NCBI GenBank assembly: GCA_903839695.1
Contig: CAIMDI010000017.1
Coordinates: 1-51,887 of the forward strand
DNA length: 51,887 nt
Direction: 5' to 3'
Source: Candidatus Tayloriibacteriota bacterium
GTDB lineage: Bacteria; Patescibacteriota; Minisyncoccia; Phycocordibacterales; PALSA-1337
The notes below the pieces were generated by a model that saw only the letters and a list, made by a program, of their open reading frames with translations, did no database searches and was not told the origin of the DNA. Shown one piece after another: positions 17,260 to 26,984 of this stretch. The translations under genes and the position numbers were made by a program. Positions within the stretch are counted from its first letter, which is position 1; the number at the start of each line of letters is the position of its first letter.

Positions 17260-18881
17260 AAAAAATAATCTCTTTTACACTTATATTGTCAATAATTTTT
17301 AGTTATTTAACCTTTCCAGTAAACAAAGCTAATGCCACCATGGTTACAGACCTTGGAAATATATTTCAGAGTACAATATCTGCAATTAGTAATGTAGCTC
17401 AAGAAGCCTTAGATCTTTCTGATAATTATAAAGAAATGGTTCTGGATCCAATGGTTAATGGTTTAGCGAAAATGATAGTTCAACAAATCACAGCTAGTAT
17501 AGTGCAATGGATAAACTCTGGTTTTGAGGGAAGTCCATCATTTATGCAAGATCCTGGTTCATTTTTTCTTGATATAGCTGATCAAGCAACGGGCCGATTT
17601 ATAACAGGAGATATACTAAAAAGCATGTGTTCTCCTTTTAGTATAAACATCAAACTTGCACTTCTTCTTACATATCGTCCACGCACACTTAAGAGATATA
17701 CTTGTACAATAGGAACTATAATAAAAAATAGTAAAAATGCAATAAAAAATGCGTCTATAAATGGTTTTACGGCAGGAGATTTTAAACAAGGAGGTTGGCC
17801 AGCGTTTGTTTCTCTAACGACAGAACCACAAAATAATATATATGGGTCTTATCTACAAGCAAAATACGATTTAGCTGTTCAAATAGCTGATCAAAAAGAC
17901 AAGAAAAATGATGAAATAAATCGAGGAAGAGGTTTTCTATCTTGGAGGGATCCAAAATGTAAAAAAGAAATAGCTGCTGCTAAAAAGATAGAGGCTCAAA
18001 ATAATTCAGCTGTTTATGATCCAAAAACAGATACTTACATAAACAATCCATCAGGATCGATAAGTAGTACAGGAGGGGAAGTTACCTCTAAGGCATCCAT
18101 GAGTCCTGATGATTGCCCGATACAAACACCTGGATCTGTTATTGCTGGTGCATTAGACAAACAACTTGGTTCCGGAACAGATCAACTTAACCTTGCTGAT
18201 GAGTTTGGTGAAATCGTTAATGCATTATTCGCTCAACTTGTTTCAGTGGTAATTGGAGGCTCAGGACTTGGTGGTTCATCTCAAAGAAATTCATCAGGTA
18301 ATTCATATATAAGTACCATGAACGAAGATCTTGGTAGAGGGGCTACTGAACTTAATGGTCAGAAGAAATCATTAATAGATGCTGTTAAATTATCAAAAAC
18401 TAAAACAATTATCTACAGAAACTTTAGGGAGGAAGCATTCCAAGTGGTAGCAAATGTTATAAAGGAATATAATTCAGTAAAGAGTTGTTATTCAGAAAAA
18501 ATAAATGCAAACCCAAATACACTAACACAGGCACAAATAAGTGTAGCGCAATCAAGAATAGGAGAGGTGACTTCTATACTTTCTGATGAAATAAATACAA
18601 CAGCTGCCAAATTACTTGATTTAGTAAAAGACGCTGATGAAAGATTAAATAAACTTAAAGACATAGAGTCTACGGCATCTTCATCAACATCGCTAATAGA
18701 CATCAGTACACCTATATCAAATTATAATAGCATGCTTCAAAGTGGTGAATTAATTAATACTATTAACACAAACAATGCAGAAGCCGATTTAACAAATATA
18801 AAAACTATCTATGAGGGCAAATCTAGTGATGCAAAAAGAAAACTTCAAACATGCCAGATATTCCCAGCTGGTATATATTAA
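17256..18881 (+). CDS. hypothetical secreted protein (helical; T4SS-like operon)
   Basis: Signal peptide ending ANA; WINSGFEGSPSF, CSPF, TPGSVI segments; Cys pairs. Confidence 0.75.
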   Translation: MKKIISFTLILSIIFSYLTFPVNKANATMVTDLGNIFQSTISAISNVAQEALDLSDNYKEMVLDPMVNGLAKMIVQQITASIVQWINSGFEGSPSFMQDPGSFFLDIADQATGRFITGDILKSMCSPFSINIKLALLLTYRPRTLKRYTCTIGTIIKNSKNAIKNASINGFTAGDFKQGGWPAFVSLTTEPQNNIYGSYLQAKYDLAVQIADQKDKKNDEINRGRGFLSWRDPKCKKEIAAAKKIEAQNNSAVYDPKTDTYINNPSGSISSTGGEVTSKASMSPDDCPIQTPGSVIAGALDKQLGSGTDQLNLADEFGEIVNALFAQLVSVVIGGSGLGGSSQRNSSGNSYISTMNEDLGRGATELNGQKKSLIDAVKLSKTKTIIYRNFREEAFQVVANVIKEYNSVKSCYSEKINANPNTLTQAQISVAQSRIGEVTSILSDEINTTAAKLLDLVKDADERLNKLKDIESTASSSTSLIDISTPISNYNSMLQSGELINTINTNNAEADLTNIKTIYEGKSSDAKRKLQTCQIFPAGIY

Positions 18882-18887
18882 AAACAA

Positions 18888-20702
18888 ATGAAGAAAAAAT
18901 ACATTACAATTTTTCTTACAATCACACTGATAATAGTCGGTTTTGCATTGATACCAAATAAGGCTGATGCTGCTTGTATAAGTTTTACGTATTTTCATCC
19001 AACAGAATGCGCTAGTGAAATTGCTGCTGTTGTCGGTAATCTTGTATTGTCGATTTTTGGAACTGTTGTCACGTTCACCGGTGCATTACTTAATTTTTCA
19101 ATTAAATTAACACTTAATATAGGTGAAATTTATAATGCTACACCAGCCATAAGAAATGTGTGGATTATTATTAGAAATATTTCAAGTATATTAATAATAT
19201 TCTTTTTACTTTACTCCTCTATTAAAACTATTATTGGTTCATCAGGTAATGATACGAAAAGTTTAATTGGAAAAATAATTATGGCTGGTTTATTAATAAA
19301 TTTTAGTCTATTCTTTACAAAAACAGCCATAGACGCATCAAATCTTATTTCAATGCAATTCTATAGAGCAATAACAACTGATTCAACTGATTCAGCAACC
19401 TGGAGATCAAGTCTGGATGGTGGACTATCTGATGTTTTTATGGGTAGTTTGAAAATTCAAAAAATATACCATCCGCTGGACGCTGAAATCGCAAAAGTTA
19501 ACAATATAACTACTGAGCCCACCCTAGTTTTCTCTATAATAGTAGCGACCTACTGTGGTATTGCGCTAATGCTTTTTGCATCAATAAGTTTTCTAGGTGC
19601 AGCTATTGCCATTTCCATAAGAACGGGTATGTTATTACTGCTCATGATATTCTCACCATTATATTTTATGGGGGCAATATTTCCTAAAATCAAAAGTGAA
19701 GTGTCGGACACATGGCTTAAGAATCTTAAGAGTCAATTGTTATTCATGCCTTTATATCTTCTGCTGTTGTATGTGGCATTGTCTATAATTAGCGATCCTA
19801 AATTTTTGTCTTTTGTAAATGCTCCGTTAGCTAATGGACCACAACAAAGTCAGATGCAGATATTAATAGGGGTAGTTATTCAATACATGATTGCTATTTT
19901 ATTCATTAACTTTCCACTATTTGCTGCAATAAAATTTGGAGCAATGGGAGCAGGATTTGCAGAAAACATGACGAAGTCATTGAAACAGAGAATATATAGT
20001 CAGCCAAAAGCATTGTGGACAAATACAGGTGGTAGATTTGCAAGTAAAATTGCAGAGAGTGAAAGATTAAAAAATTATGCTTCAAAATCAGTAATTGGTG
20101 AAATGGCATTAAAAGGTGTTCGTGGCCAAGCAGTAGACTACAACAAAAAACTAGAAGAACAAGTATCTGCACGAACAAAGTTTGGAGAGTCACTAGGACA
20201 TGACCGCGGCCAAATGAATATAGCGCAAGGCGAATTAAGAAAACTAAATTCCGATCTCGTACAAGCACAAGCGAAAGGAGAACCAACAGACGAACTCAAG
20301 AAAAAAATAGGTCAGGCCAAGAAAGCTATAACAAAACTAGAAGATCGCCGAAAGATTGACTACGCAACAAAGACCAACACCAGGTCAGTTGATACACTGT
20401 ATTCAATGGTTGCTAGAAAAGACAAGGTTGCAGCAGCAAAACTTAAAATACCGATAGAAGAGGCCAAGTTATCACGCCACAAAGATGATCTAAAATCAAC
20501 AAAGGATGAGATTAAGCAACTTCAACAAGCAATCACTAATAATCCAAAAGAAACTGGAAATAAAACCATAACTGGAGTAAATGGCTTAGCAACAGCAACA
20601 CAAGAAACAAGATATAAGCAACTATTAGATGACCAGGTGACACATACAAACGACATAAATACGCAGGAGGCTTTATTAGATAACTTAAAATTAATTAATT
20701 AA
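18888..20702 (+). CDS. VirB6/TrbL-like polytopic membrane protein with C-terminal coiled coil
   Basis: W..IRNI, LLINFSLFF..AIDASN, R...L.LL.IFSPL.F...FP, W...L motifs; several TM helices. Confidence 0.72.
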   Translation: MKKKYITIFLTITLIIVGFALIPNKADAACISFTYFHPTECASEIAAVVGNLVLSIFGTVVTFTGALLNFSIKLTLNIGEIYNATPAIRNVWIIIRNISSILIIFFLLYSSIKTIIGSSGNDTKSLIGKIIMAGLLINFSLFFTKTAIDASNLISMQFYRAITTDSTDSATWRSSLDGGLSDVFMGSLKIQKIYHPLDAEIAKVNNITTEPTLVFSIIVATYCGIALMLFASISFLGAAIAISIRTGMLLLLMIFSPLYFMGAIFPKIKSEVSDTWLKNLKSQLLFMPLYLLLLYVALSIISDPKFLSFVNAPLANGPQQSQMQILIGVVIQYMIAILFINFPLFAAIKFGAMGAGFAENMTKSLKQRIYSQPKALWTNTGGRFASKIAESERLKNYASKSVIGEMALKGVRGQAVDYNKKLEEQVSARTKFGESLGHDRGQMNIAQGELRKLNSDLVQAQAKGEPTDELKKKIGQAKKAITKLEDRRKIDYATKTNTRSVDTLYSMVARKDKVAAAKLKIPIEEAKLSRHKDDLKSTKDEIKQLQQAITNNPKETGNKTITGVNGLATATQETRYKQLLDDQVTHTNDINTQEALLDNLKLIN

Positions 20703-20703
20703 C

Positions 20704-21345
20704 ATGGACTATGATAATAATATATTAGATGAAAAAATGCGATCTTTGCCAGAAGACCTCCAGTCAGCAATGAATTCTGTTGATTTGATAAATAATATTA
20801 AAGAAATAGCAAATTCTTACTCATTGAATATTGATCAAACTGGTCAACTGGAAGACGTCATAAGCTCAACAATATTAGGATTAACAAAATCTGAAAACTT
20901 TGTGAGTGAATTAGTTAAAAAAGCTGAAATAAAATCAGAAATTGCTATGCAAATAGCTAAGGATGTAAATAAAAGAATTTTTGACAGTGTTCGTGATTCA
21001 CTTAGAAAAATCCAATCTCAAGCTGAATCTGAAAGTCAAAACCAAACACCTGTTGAAGAAGAGGTTGCCGCTGTAGAGCCAACCTTAAACAAAGAGGAAA
21101 CTGTTGCATCTATTGAACATGCTGGTGATTTTAAAATAGAAAATACACAACCACAATCCTCATCTCCTCAATACAAAGAAACAGATATAAACAGGGAGGC
21201 ATTACTGAAGGGAATAGAGGATGCTCCTGTTCCTCTTGTTGACCATTTACTAACTACTCCCATAAGTAATGAGAAAGTTGTAGAAGTAAAAGATGTTACG
21301 GACACAAAAGCAGACGCATTAGATCCTTACAGAGAAAAGATATAG
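20704..21345 (+). CDS. hypothetical acidic protein
   Basis: LPEDLQ...L.IDQ.G.L N-terminal domain and DPYRE C-terminal motif. Confidence 0.7.
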   Translation: MDYDNNILDEKMRSLPEDLQSAMNSVDLINNIKEIANSYSLNIDQTGQLEDVISSTILGLTKSENFVSELVKKAEIKSEIAMQIAKDVNKRIFDSVRDSLRKIQSQAESESQNQTPVEEEVAAVEPTLNKEETVASIEHAGDFKIENTQPQSSSPQYKETDINREALLKGIEDAPVPLVDHLLTTPISNEKVVEVKDVTDTKADALDPYREKI

Positions 21346-21367
21346 ATAAGTGTGTTAAAATATAATA

Positions 21368-21796
21368 ATGCAATACCAAGTTCCACAATTCATAGAAGTT
21401 GAGGACAAGATATTTGGACAATTAACGTTCAAGCAATTTATCTATATTGCGGGAGGAGCAGGATTATCTTTTCTTATTTACAAAACTCTTTCTTCTCTTT
21501 TATTATCCGCAATTCCTATATTGTTAGTAATGGGATTTTCATTGGCATTGGCTTGGGGTAAACTTTACAAACGCTTTCCTCTTATACAAGTCCTTGAGTG
21601 GGCATTCAAATACGTGACATCTGCAAAATTATATATATGGAAAAAGGTGGACAGAGTACCCACAGATAATCCCATACAAGAAGCTAAACAATATGCTTCA
21701 ATAATGGTTCCTAAAATATCAGATAGTAAATTAAAAGATTTAACATGGAGTTTAGATATCAAGGAAAGCATGTATACAAACAAGAATCAAAAATAA
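21368..21796 (+). CDS. PrgI-family (VirB3-like) membrane protein
   Basis: MQYQVPQFIEVEDKIFGQLTFKQFIY followed by two TM helices. Confidence 0.85.
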   Translation: MQYQVPQFIEVEDKIFGQLTFKQFIYIAGGAGLSFLIYKTLSSLLLSAIPILLVMGFSLALAWGKLYKRFPLIQVLEWAFKYVTSAKLYIWKKVDRVPTDNPIQEAKQYASIMVPKISDSKLKDLTWSLDIKESMYTNKNQK

Positions 21797-21797
21797 T

Positions 21798-22430
21798 ATG
21801 TCTCAGACATCAAAAACAACTCAAGACTTTGTACCAATACAGGAAATACGAGATGGTATTGTAGTACTTAAAGATGGATCCTTAAGGTCTCTAGTTTTGG
21901 CTTCATCATTAAACTTTGCTTTAAAATCATCAGACGAACAAGGCGCTATTATTTCACAATTCCAAAATTTCTTGAATTCATTAGATTTTGCTGTACAGAT
22001 TTTTATTCAATCAAAAAGACTAGATATTAGGCCGTATATTGCACTTCTTGAAGAAAGATACAAAGAACAGGTCACAGAATTAATGAAAATACAAACAAGG
22101 GAATATATTGAATTCATTAAAACTTTTGTTGATAATTCTAGTATAATGACAAAGAGTTTTTTCATAGTAATACCATATAGCCCGGCATCAATATCAAGTA
22201 CAAAAAATCCGATTAGTAATTATATGCGGAGGGATGAGTCAGAAAAAGTACTTGCAAATGAGCAATTTGAAGAATATAGAAGTCAGCTAGAACAGAGAAC
22301 TGGTGTTGTAGAGCAGGGATTAGTGCGTTGTGGTATAAGAGTTGCAGAACTTGGTACTGAGGAGGTTGTTGAATTGTATTATAAAATATTTAATCCAGGA
22401 GAAACTGAGAAACCAATTCAAATTAATTAA
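21798..22430 (+). CDS. VirB4-associated protein (TraC/VirB4 N-terminal-like)
   Basis: TQDFVPI.EI.DG, NFALKS.DEQ, FLNSLDF; sits between PrgI and VirB4. Confidence 0.7.
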   Translation: MSQTSKTTQDFVPIQEIRDGIVVLKDGSLRSLVLASSLNFALKSSDEQGAIISQFQNFLNSLDFAVQIFIQSKRLDIRPYIALLEERYKEQVTELMKIQTREYIEFIKTFVDNSSIMTKSFFIVIPYSPASISSTKNPISNYMRRDESEKVLANEQFEEYRSQLEQRTGVVEQGLVRCGIRVAELGTEEVVELYYKIFNPGETEKPIQIN

Positions 22431-22438
22431 AGAAAAAA

Positions 22439-24265
22439 ATGAGTATATTTTCAAATTTATTTAAAAAGAAAGAAGCATCACCAATAGTATCCTTAATGCC
22501 TCAAGAAATATATGAGGCCGGTATTCTTGAATTAAAGGATGTTATTGCTCCTTCTGCATTAAAAATAACACCAAAAGAAATCAATCTTGGAGAAAAGGTT
22601 GCCAGAACTTTCTTTGTCATTTCATATCCTAGATTTTTAACTGATAGTTGGTTTGCGCCTATAATAAATTTAGATAAAATTTTTAATATTTCTATATTTA
22701 TACATCCTATAGATACAGCAAAAATCTTGAGACATTTTCAAAAGAAAGTAGCTGAAGTCCAAAGCCAAATATCAACAAGAGAGGACAAGGGCCTAGTCCG
22801 TGACCCGATGCTCGATACAGCATACCAAGACTTAGAAGCCTTGAGAGACAACCTGATGCAGGCACAAGAAAAACTTTTTGATGTTGGAGTTTACATTACA
22901 ATTTTTGGTGACAATACTGCTGATTTAGACAAAATGGAATCTGAAATAAAATCAATACTTGAATCCAAACTAATATACGTAAAACCAGCATTATTCCAAC
23001 AGGAAAGTGGTTACAAAAGTGTTTTGCCTATAGGTGATGATCAATTAATGGTCCATTCTAAGCTTAATTCTTCTCCACTCTCAAGCCTATTTCCTTTTGT
23101 GTCTTTTGACCTTACCTCTAATAAAGGGATACTGTACGGCATAAATAGACACAATTCCTCTCTTGTTCTGTTTGATAGATACGATTTGGAAAACTACAAT
23201 TCTGTGACATTCGCCAAGGCGGGTTCTGGAAAATCTTATTGTACAAAATTAGAAATACTTAGGACATTAATGTTTGAAACTGAAGTTATTGTTATTGACC
23301 CAGAAAAAGAATACGAGTACATGGCTGAAGCGACAGGAGGTAAATATTTCAATATTTCACTAAATTCTGAACATCATATAAATCCATTTGACCTACCCAT
23401 ACCTGGTCCAGATGAATCTGCAGCTGATATATTACGTTCCAACATTATAAATCTCGTTGGATTATTTAGAATAATGCTTGGTGGACTATCTCAAGAAGAA
23501 GATGCAATTATCGACAGGGCAATAACCGAAACATATGCATTAAAAGATATTTCTGCAGAATCTGATTTTAGAAATGTTGAACCACCACTTCTTTCTGACT
23601 TTGAACTCGTCCTTGCTGGAATGGAGGGTGCAGAATCACTTGTTGAAAGATTAACAAAATATACAAAAGGAACATGGTCTGGATTCATAAACCGCCCATC
23701 AAACGTTGATATAAACAAAAAATTCGTAGTATTTTCATTAAGAGACATGGAAGATGAATTAAAACCTGTAGCAATGTATATAGTTACACATTATATATGG
23801 AATGCTATTAGAAAAAATCTTAAAAAGAGACTGTTGGTTATAGATGAGGCTTGGTGGATGATGAAATCAGAGGATACGGCCTCATTCCTACTTGGTTTAG
23901 CCAAAAGAGGTAGAAAATACTATCTCGGTTTAGCTACAATAACCCAAGACGTCGACGATTTTCTAAAATCTCCTTATGGTTTACCGATTATTACAAACTC
24001 TTCAATTCAAATTCTCCTTAAACAATCTCCATCTTCTATAGATAATGTACAAAAAACATTCAACTTAACAGATGAGGAAAAATATCTTCTATTAGAATCA
24101 GATGTAGGAGAAGGTATATTCTTTGTGGGATTAAAACACGTAGCCTTGAAAGTTATAGCTTCGTATACAGAAGATCAAATCATAACCACAAACCCTGCCC
24201 AAGTTCTTTCAATAAGAAAAGCAAAAATGGACCTAGACGCGTCCCAGCAGGGAGGTGTACAATAA
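22439..24265 (+). CDS. VirB4-family ATPase
   Basis: Walker A AKAGSGKS, IDPEKEY, INPFDL, Walker B VIDEAW, KRGRKY...ITQD. Confidence 0.9.
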   Translation: MSIFSNLFKKKEASPIVSLMPQEIYEAGILELKDVIAPSALKITPKEINLGEKVARTFFVISYPRFLTDSWFAPIINLDKIFNISIFIHPIDTAKILRHFQKKVAEVQSQISTREDKGLVRDPMLDTAYQDLEALRDNLMQAQEKLFDVGVYITIFGDNTADLDKMESEIKSILESKLIYVKPALFQQESGYKSVLPIGDDQLMVHSKLNSSPLSSLFPFVSFDLTSNKGILYGINRHNSSLVLFDRYDLENYNSVTFAKAGSGKSYCTKLEILRTLMFETEVIVIDPEKEYEYMAEATGGKYFNISLNSEHHINPFDLPIPGPDESAADILRSNIINLVGLFRIMLGGLSQEEDAIIDRAITETYALKDISAESDFRNVEPPLLSDFELVLAGMEGAESLVERLTKYTKGTWSGFINRPSNVDINKKFVVFSLRDMEDELKPVAMYIVTHYIWNAIRKNLKKRLLVIDEAWWMMKSEDTASFLLGLAKRGRKYYLGLATITQDVDDFLKSPYGLPIITNSSIQILLKQSPSSIDNVQKTFNLTDEEKYLLLESDVGEGIFFVGLKHVALKVIASYTEDQIITTNPAQVLSIRKAKMDLDASQQGGVQ

Positions 24266-24272
24266 AACAACA

Positions 24273-24725
24273 ATGGGTGAAAAACCAAAATACAGACTAA
24301 GCACTAGCACATCAATAATACTGGTGATATTTGCTACAATAGCAGACTTAATTTCACTTATCCCTTTTGCAGGTGATATTGTAGGCTGGCTATTTTGGTC
24401 AATAATGGCTGTGGTATTTTGGAAACTTGGACTGGGATTAATAAACTACAGGAGATTTTTACCATTAATCATGTCTACTGTCGCAGAATTTATACCATTT
24501 ATACAAGAATTCCCTACTATTATGGCAGGAATGATAGCTGTAATAATACTTAGCAGAATCGAAGATAAAACAGGTATTAAAATGTTACCATCAAAAGGAA
24601 AGGGTGGTGTTAGAATGCCACAAAAAACAAGAGAGCCTGTAAATTTACAAGAGGGGGTGAGACAACCCAGAACACCGATTAGAGAATTAGAATTGGAGGC
24701 GGTAAAAGACAGCAAATCTGCATAA
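24273..24725 (+). CDS. hypothetical membrane protein
   Basis: Several TM helices with IPF/EFIP motifs; alternative GTG start at 24255. Confidence 0.7.
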   Translation: MGEKPKYRLSTSTSIILVIFATIADLISLIPFAGDIVGWLFWSIMAVVFWKLGLGLINYRRFLPLIMSTVAEFIPFIQEFPTIMAGMIAVIILSRIEDKTGIKMLPSKGKGGVRMPQKTREPVNLQEGVRQPRTPIRELELEAVKDSKSA

Positions 24726-24778
24726 GTGGGGAAATGTATTAAGCGTATTGTTATAAAAAATATGTTAAAATAAGTTAA

Positions 24779-25774
24779 ATGAAAAAGATCTCAATAATAA
24801 TTTCAATATTTACTTTTCTTTTATTCTCAGCATATGCAAATGCTCAAATGCAAACATCAATTGATGGGGTAAATATTTCTTCTTTTCCAGACTTTCCAGC
24901 TGAAGGAACAAATGTGTCAATCTCAATTGAAAGTTATTTAATTGACCTAGATTCTGCGTCTATAGTTTGGATGGTTAATGAAAAAACAAAAGCTCATGGT
25001 GTGGGAATGAAAGAATTTCAAGTACCAGCTCCAAAAATAGGAAGTATTTTAAATGTGAAAGCTATTATAAAAGCGAGCAATGGTAGAGAAGTAATTAAAA
25101 CAACAGCAATAAAATCTGGAACAGTTGAAATCATTTGGGAAAGCAAGGGTTACTACCCACCATTTTTTAAAGGAAAAAACTTATTTTCATATCAAAACAC
25201 TATACACCTGGTAGCCTTTCCGCACCTAGCATCAACAGTTTCAAACGAAATAAACCCAAAAAACATAATATATAAATGGAAGCTTGGTGGAAAGTACATA
25301 GAAAATGGAAGCGGGCAGGGTAGGCAAAGTATTGATATACAAGGAGATTTGCTTCCTAAAAATCTTGAAATTTCTGTAGAGGCATACTCACAAGATCAGA
25401 AAGAATTTGCAATGGGCTCGATTGAGATTTCTCCAACCGAACCGTCAATTGTTTTTTATGAAATGAATCCTCTTTATGGAATAATGTACAATAAGGCTAT
25501 ATATGATAGTTTTTCTTTATATAAAACAGAAGTAAGTTTAATCGCAAGTCCATATGGATTTAATTCAAACAAAAAGGGCGACAATCTTGAATACACATGG
25601 TCAATAAACGATGTAGAACAACCAGATTTATCAAAAAATCAGAGTATTACCCTAAAGAGAGACGTCAAAATAACAGGAGTTTCAAATATAAATTTGGTTA
25701 TTACTAATGCCCAAGAGATTATGCAGAGGGCTATTTCTTCATTAAGTGTAGATTATAGAGAAGATGTACAATAA
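24779..25774 (+). CDS. secreted protein with repeated Ig-like beta-sandwich domains
   Basis: Signal peptide (ANA); repeated Y.W..(N/G) motifs; Y.PPF.KGK. Confidence 0.7.
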   Translation: MKKISIIISIFTFLLFSAYANAQMQTSIDGVNISSFPDFPAEGTNVSISIESYLIDLDSASIVWMVNEKTKAHGVGMKEFQVPAPKIGSILNVKAIIKASNGREVIKTTAIKSGTVEIIWESKGYYPPFFKGKNLFSYQNTIHLVAFPHLASTVSNEINPKNIIYKWKLGGKYIENGSGQGRQSIDIQGDLLPKNLEISVEAYSQDQKEFAMGSIEISPTEPSIVFYEMNPLYGIMYNKAIYDSFSLYKTEVSLIASPYGFNSNKKGDNLEYTWSINDVEQPDLSKNQSITLKRDVKITGVSNINLVITNAQEIMQRAISSLSVDYREDVQ

Positions 25775-25793
25775 AATAATAACAAAGAATAAC

Positions 25794-26969
25794 ATGAAAA
25801 AACTATTTATTTATTTTGCCATAATAATGCTAGTCATGCCCTTATTATCTAAGGCACAAGCAACAACTTCAGACTCATATAAACTACTCGAGCCACTTCC
25901 ATGTATTCCTGGTACATCTTCTGATGTATCATGCGATAAAAAAATGGTAACAGAAATGAAATTTACCGACTATCTTGGTTATGTTTTCAAATTTGCAATT
26001 GCAATATCTGCTTTTTTGGCTGTTGTTATGATAATTTGGGGAGGTTTTGAAATAATGCTTAGCGAAGCGATACCGTCAAAAATGGATGGTAAGAAAAAAA
26101 TTATTGATGCTATCACAGGCTTATTGATGGTACTATCTTCCTACCTTATTTTAAGAACAATAGATCCTAGACTTGTGCAAATAAATTTAACACTTAAAAA
26201 AGTTGATACTACAAACTTGATTAAAGGTATATCAACTTTCAAGAATTCGGTTGATTCAAAGCTTGTTGCATATAGCACAATCCAACAAAATGAATTGGGT
26301 CAATTAGACATTGATATTTCAAAAAAACAATCAGAAATTGATGATGTTGAAAAAAGACTTAAAGACACAAACTTATCTGAACAAGAAACAAATAACCTTA
26401 AAGAGAGATTAGAAACAGCTAAAGTTTCGAAGAAAGATTTGCTTGCTAAAAAAACAACAAAATCCTTAGAATATGCCTCGACAATATCTTTTAAAAAGAC
26501 ACGTGAACTTATAAACAGCACGGATAATGACTCAAATAATCAGTCGAATATTGATTCAAATATAGAAAACATAACTAAGCAATACGACATACAAATATTT
26601 GAGGCTATGGGAAAAGCCACAAATACAACCCCAGACACAGGGTTAGTTGTCAAACTCAAAAAGCAAAAGGAATATTTTTTGAAACAGATAGATGAGGAGG
26701 TAAAATTAAATGACATTAAAAAAGGTTGTTTAACTAATGATATAGACAGATCTATACCAATACTTGAAAACACAATAGGGGAGATAAACAAAAACAGACT
26801 AACAGAAAACTATTTAGATGGTATAGGTATTGATTCTGATATTTATAATGCGGTCGTTGAGGATAGAATAAACACAATACAGCTAGAAATAAATTTTATC
26901 AGGACTGGAGAGGAAAATTCTAATAACACTGGACAAGACTTAAATAATTATGACCAAGGCATTTTCTAA
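25794..26969 (+). CDS. VirB2/TrbC-like pilin domain fused to a long coiled-coil tail
   Basis: Signal peptide, Y.LLEPLP, AV.MIIWGG...GK..I..AI.GL...L.SY.IL.TIDP.LV. Confidence 0.7.
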   Translation: MKKLFIYFAIIMLVMPLLSKAQATTSDSYKLLEPLPCIPGTSSDVSCDKKMVTEMKFTDYLGYVFKFAIAISAFLAVVMIIWGGFEIMLSEAIPSKMDGKKKIIDAITGLLMVLSSYLILRTIDPRLVQINLTLKKVDTTNLIKGISTFKNSVDSKLVAYSTIQQNELGQLDIDISKKQSEIDDVEKRLKDTNLSEQETNNLKERLETAKVSKKDLLAKKTTKSLEYASTISFKKTRELINSTDNDSNNQSNIDSNIENITKQYDIQIFEAMGKATNTTPDTGLVVKLKKQKEYFLKQIDEEVKLNDIKKGCLTNDIDRSIPILENTIGEINKNRLTENYLDGIGIDSDIYNAVVEDRINTIQLEINFIRTGEENSNNTGQDLNNYDQGIF

Positions 26970-26984
26970 AATATAATCAAAAAA

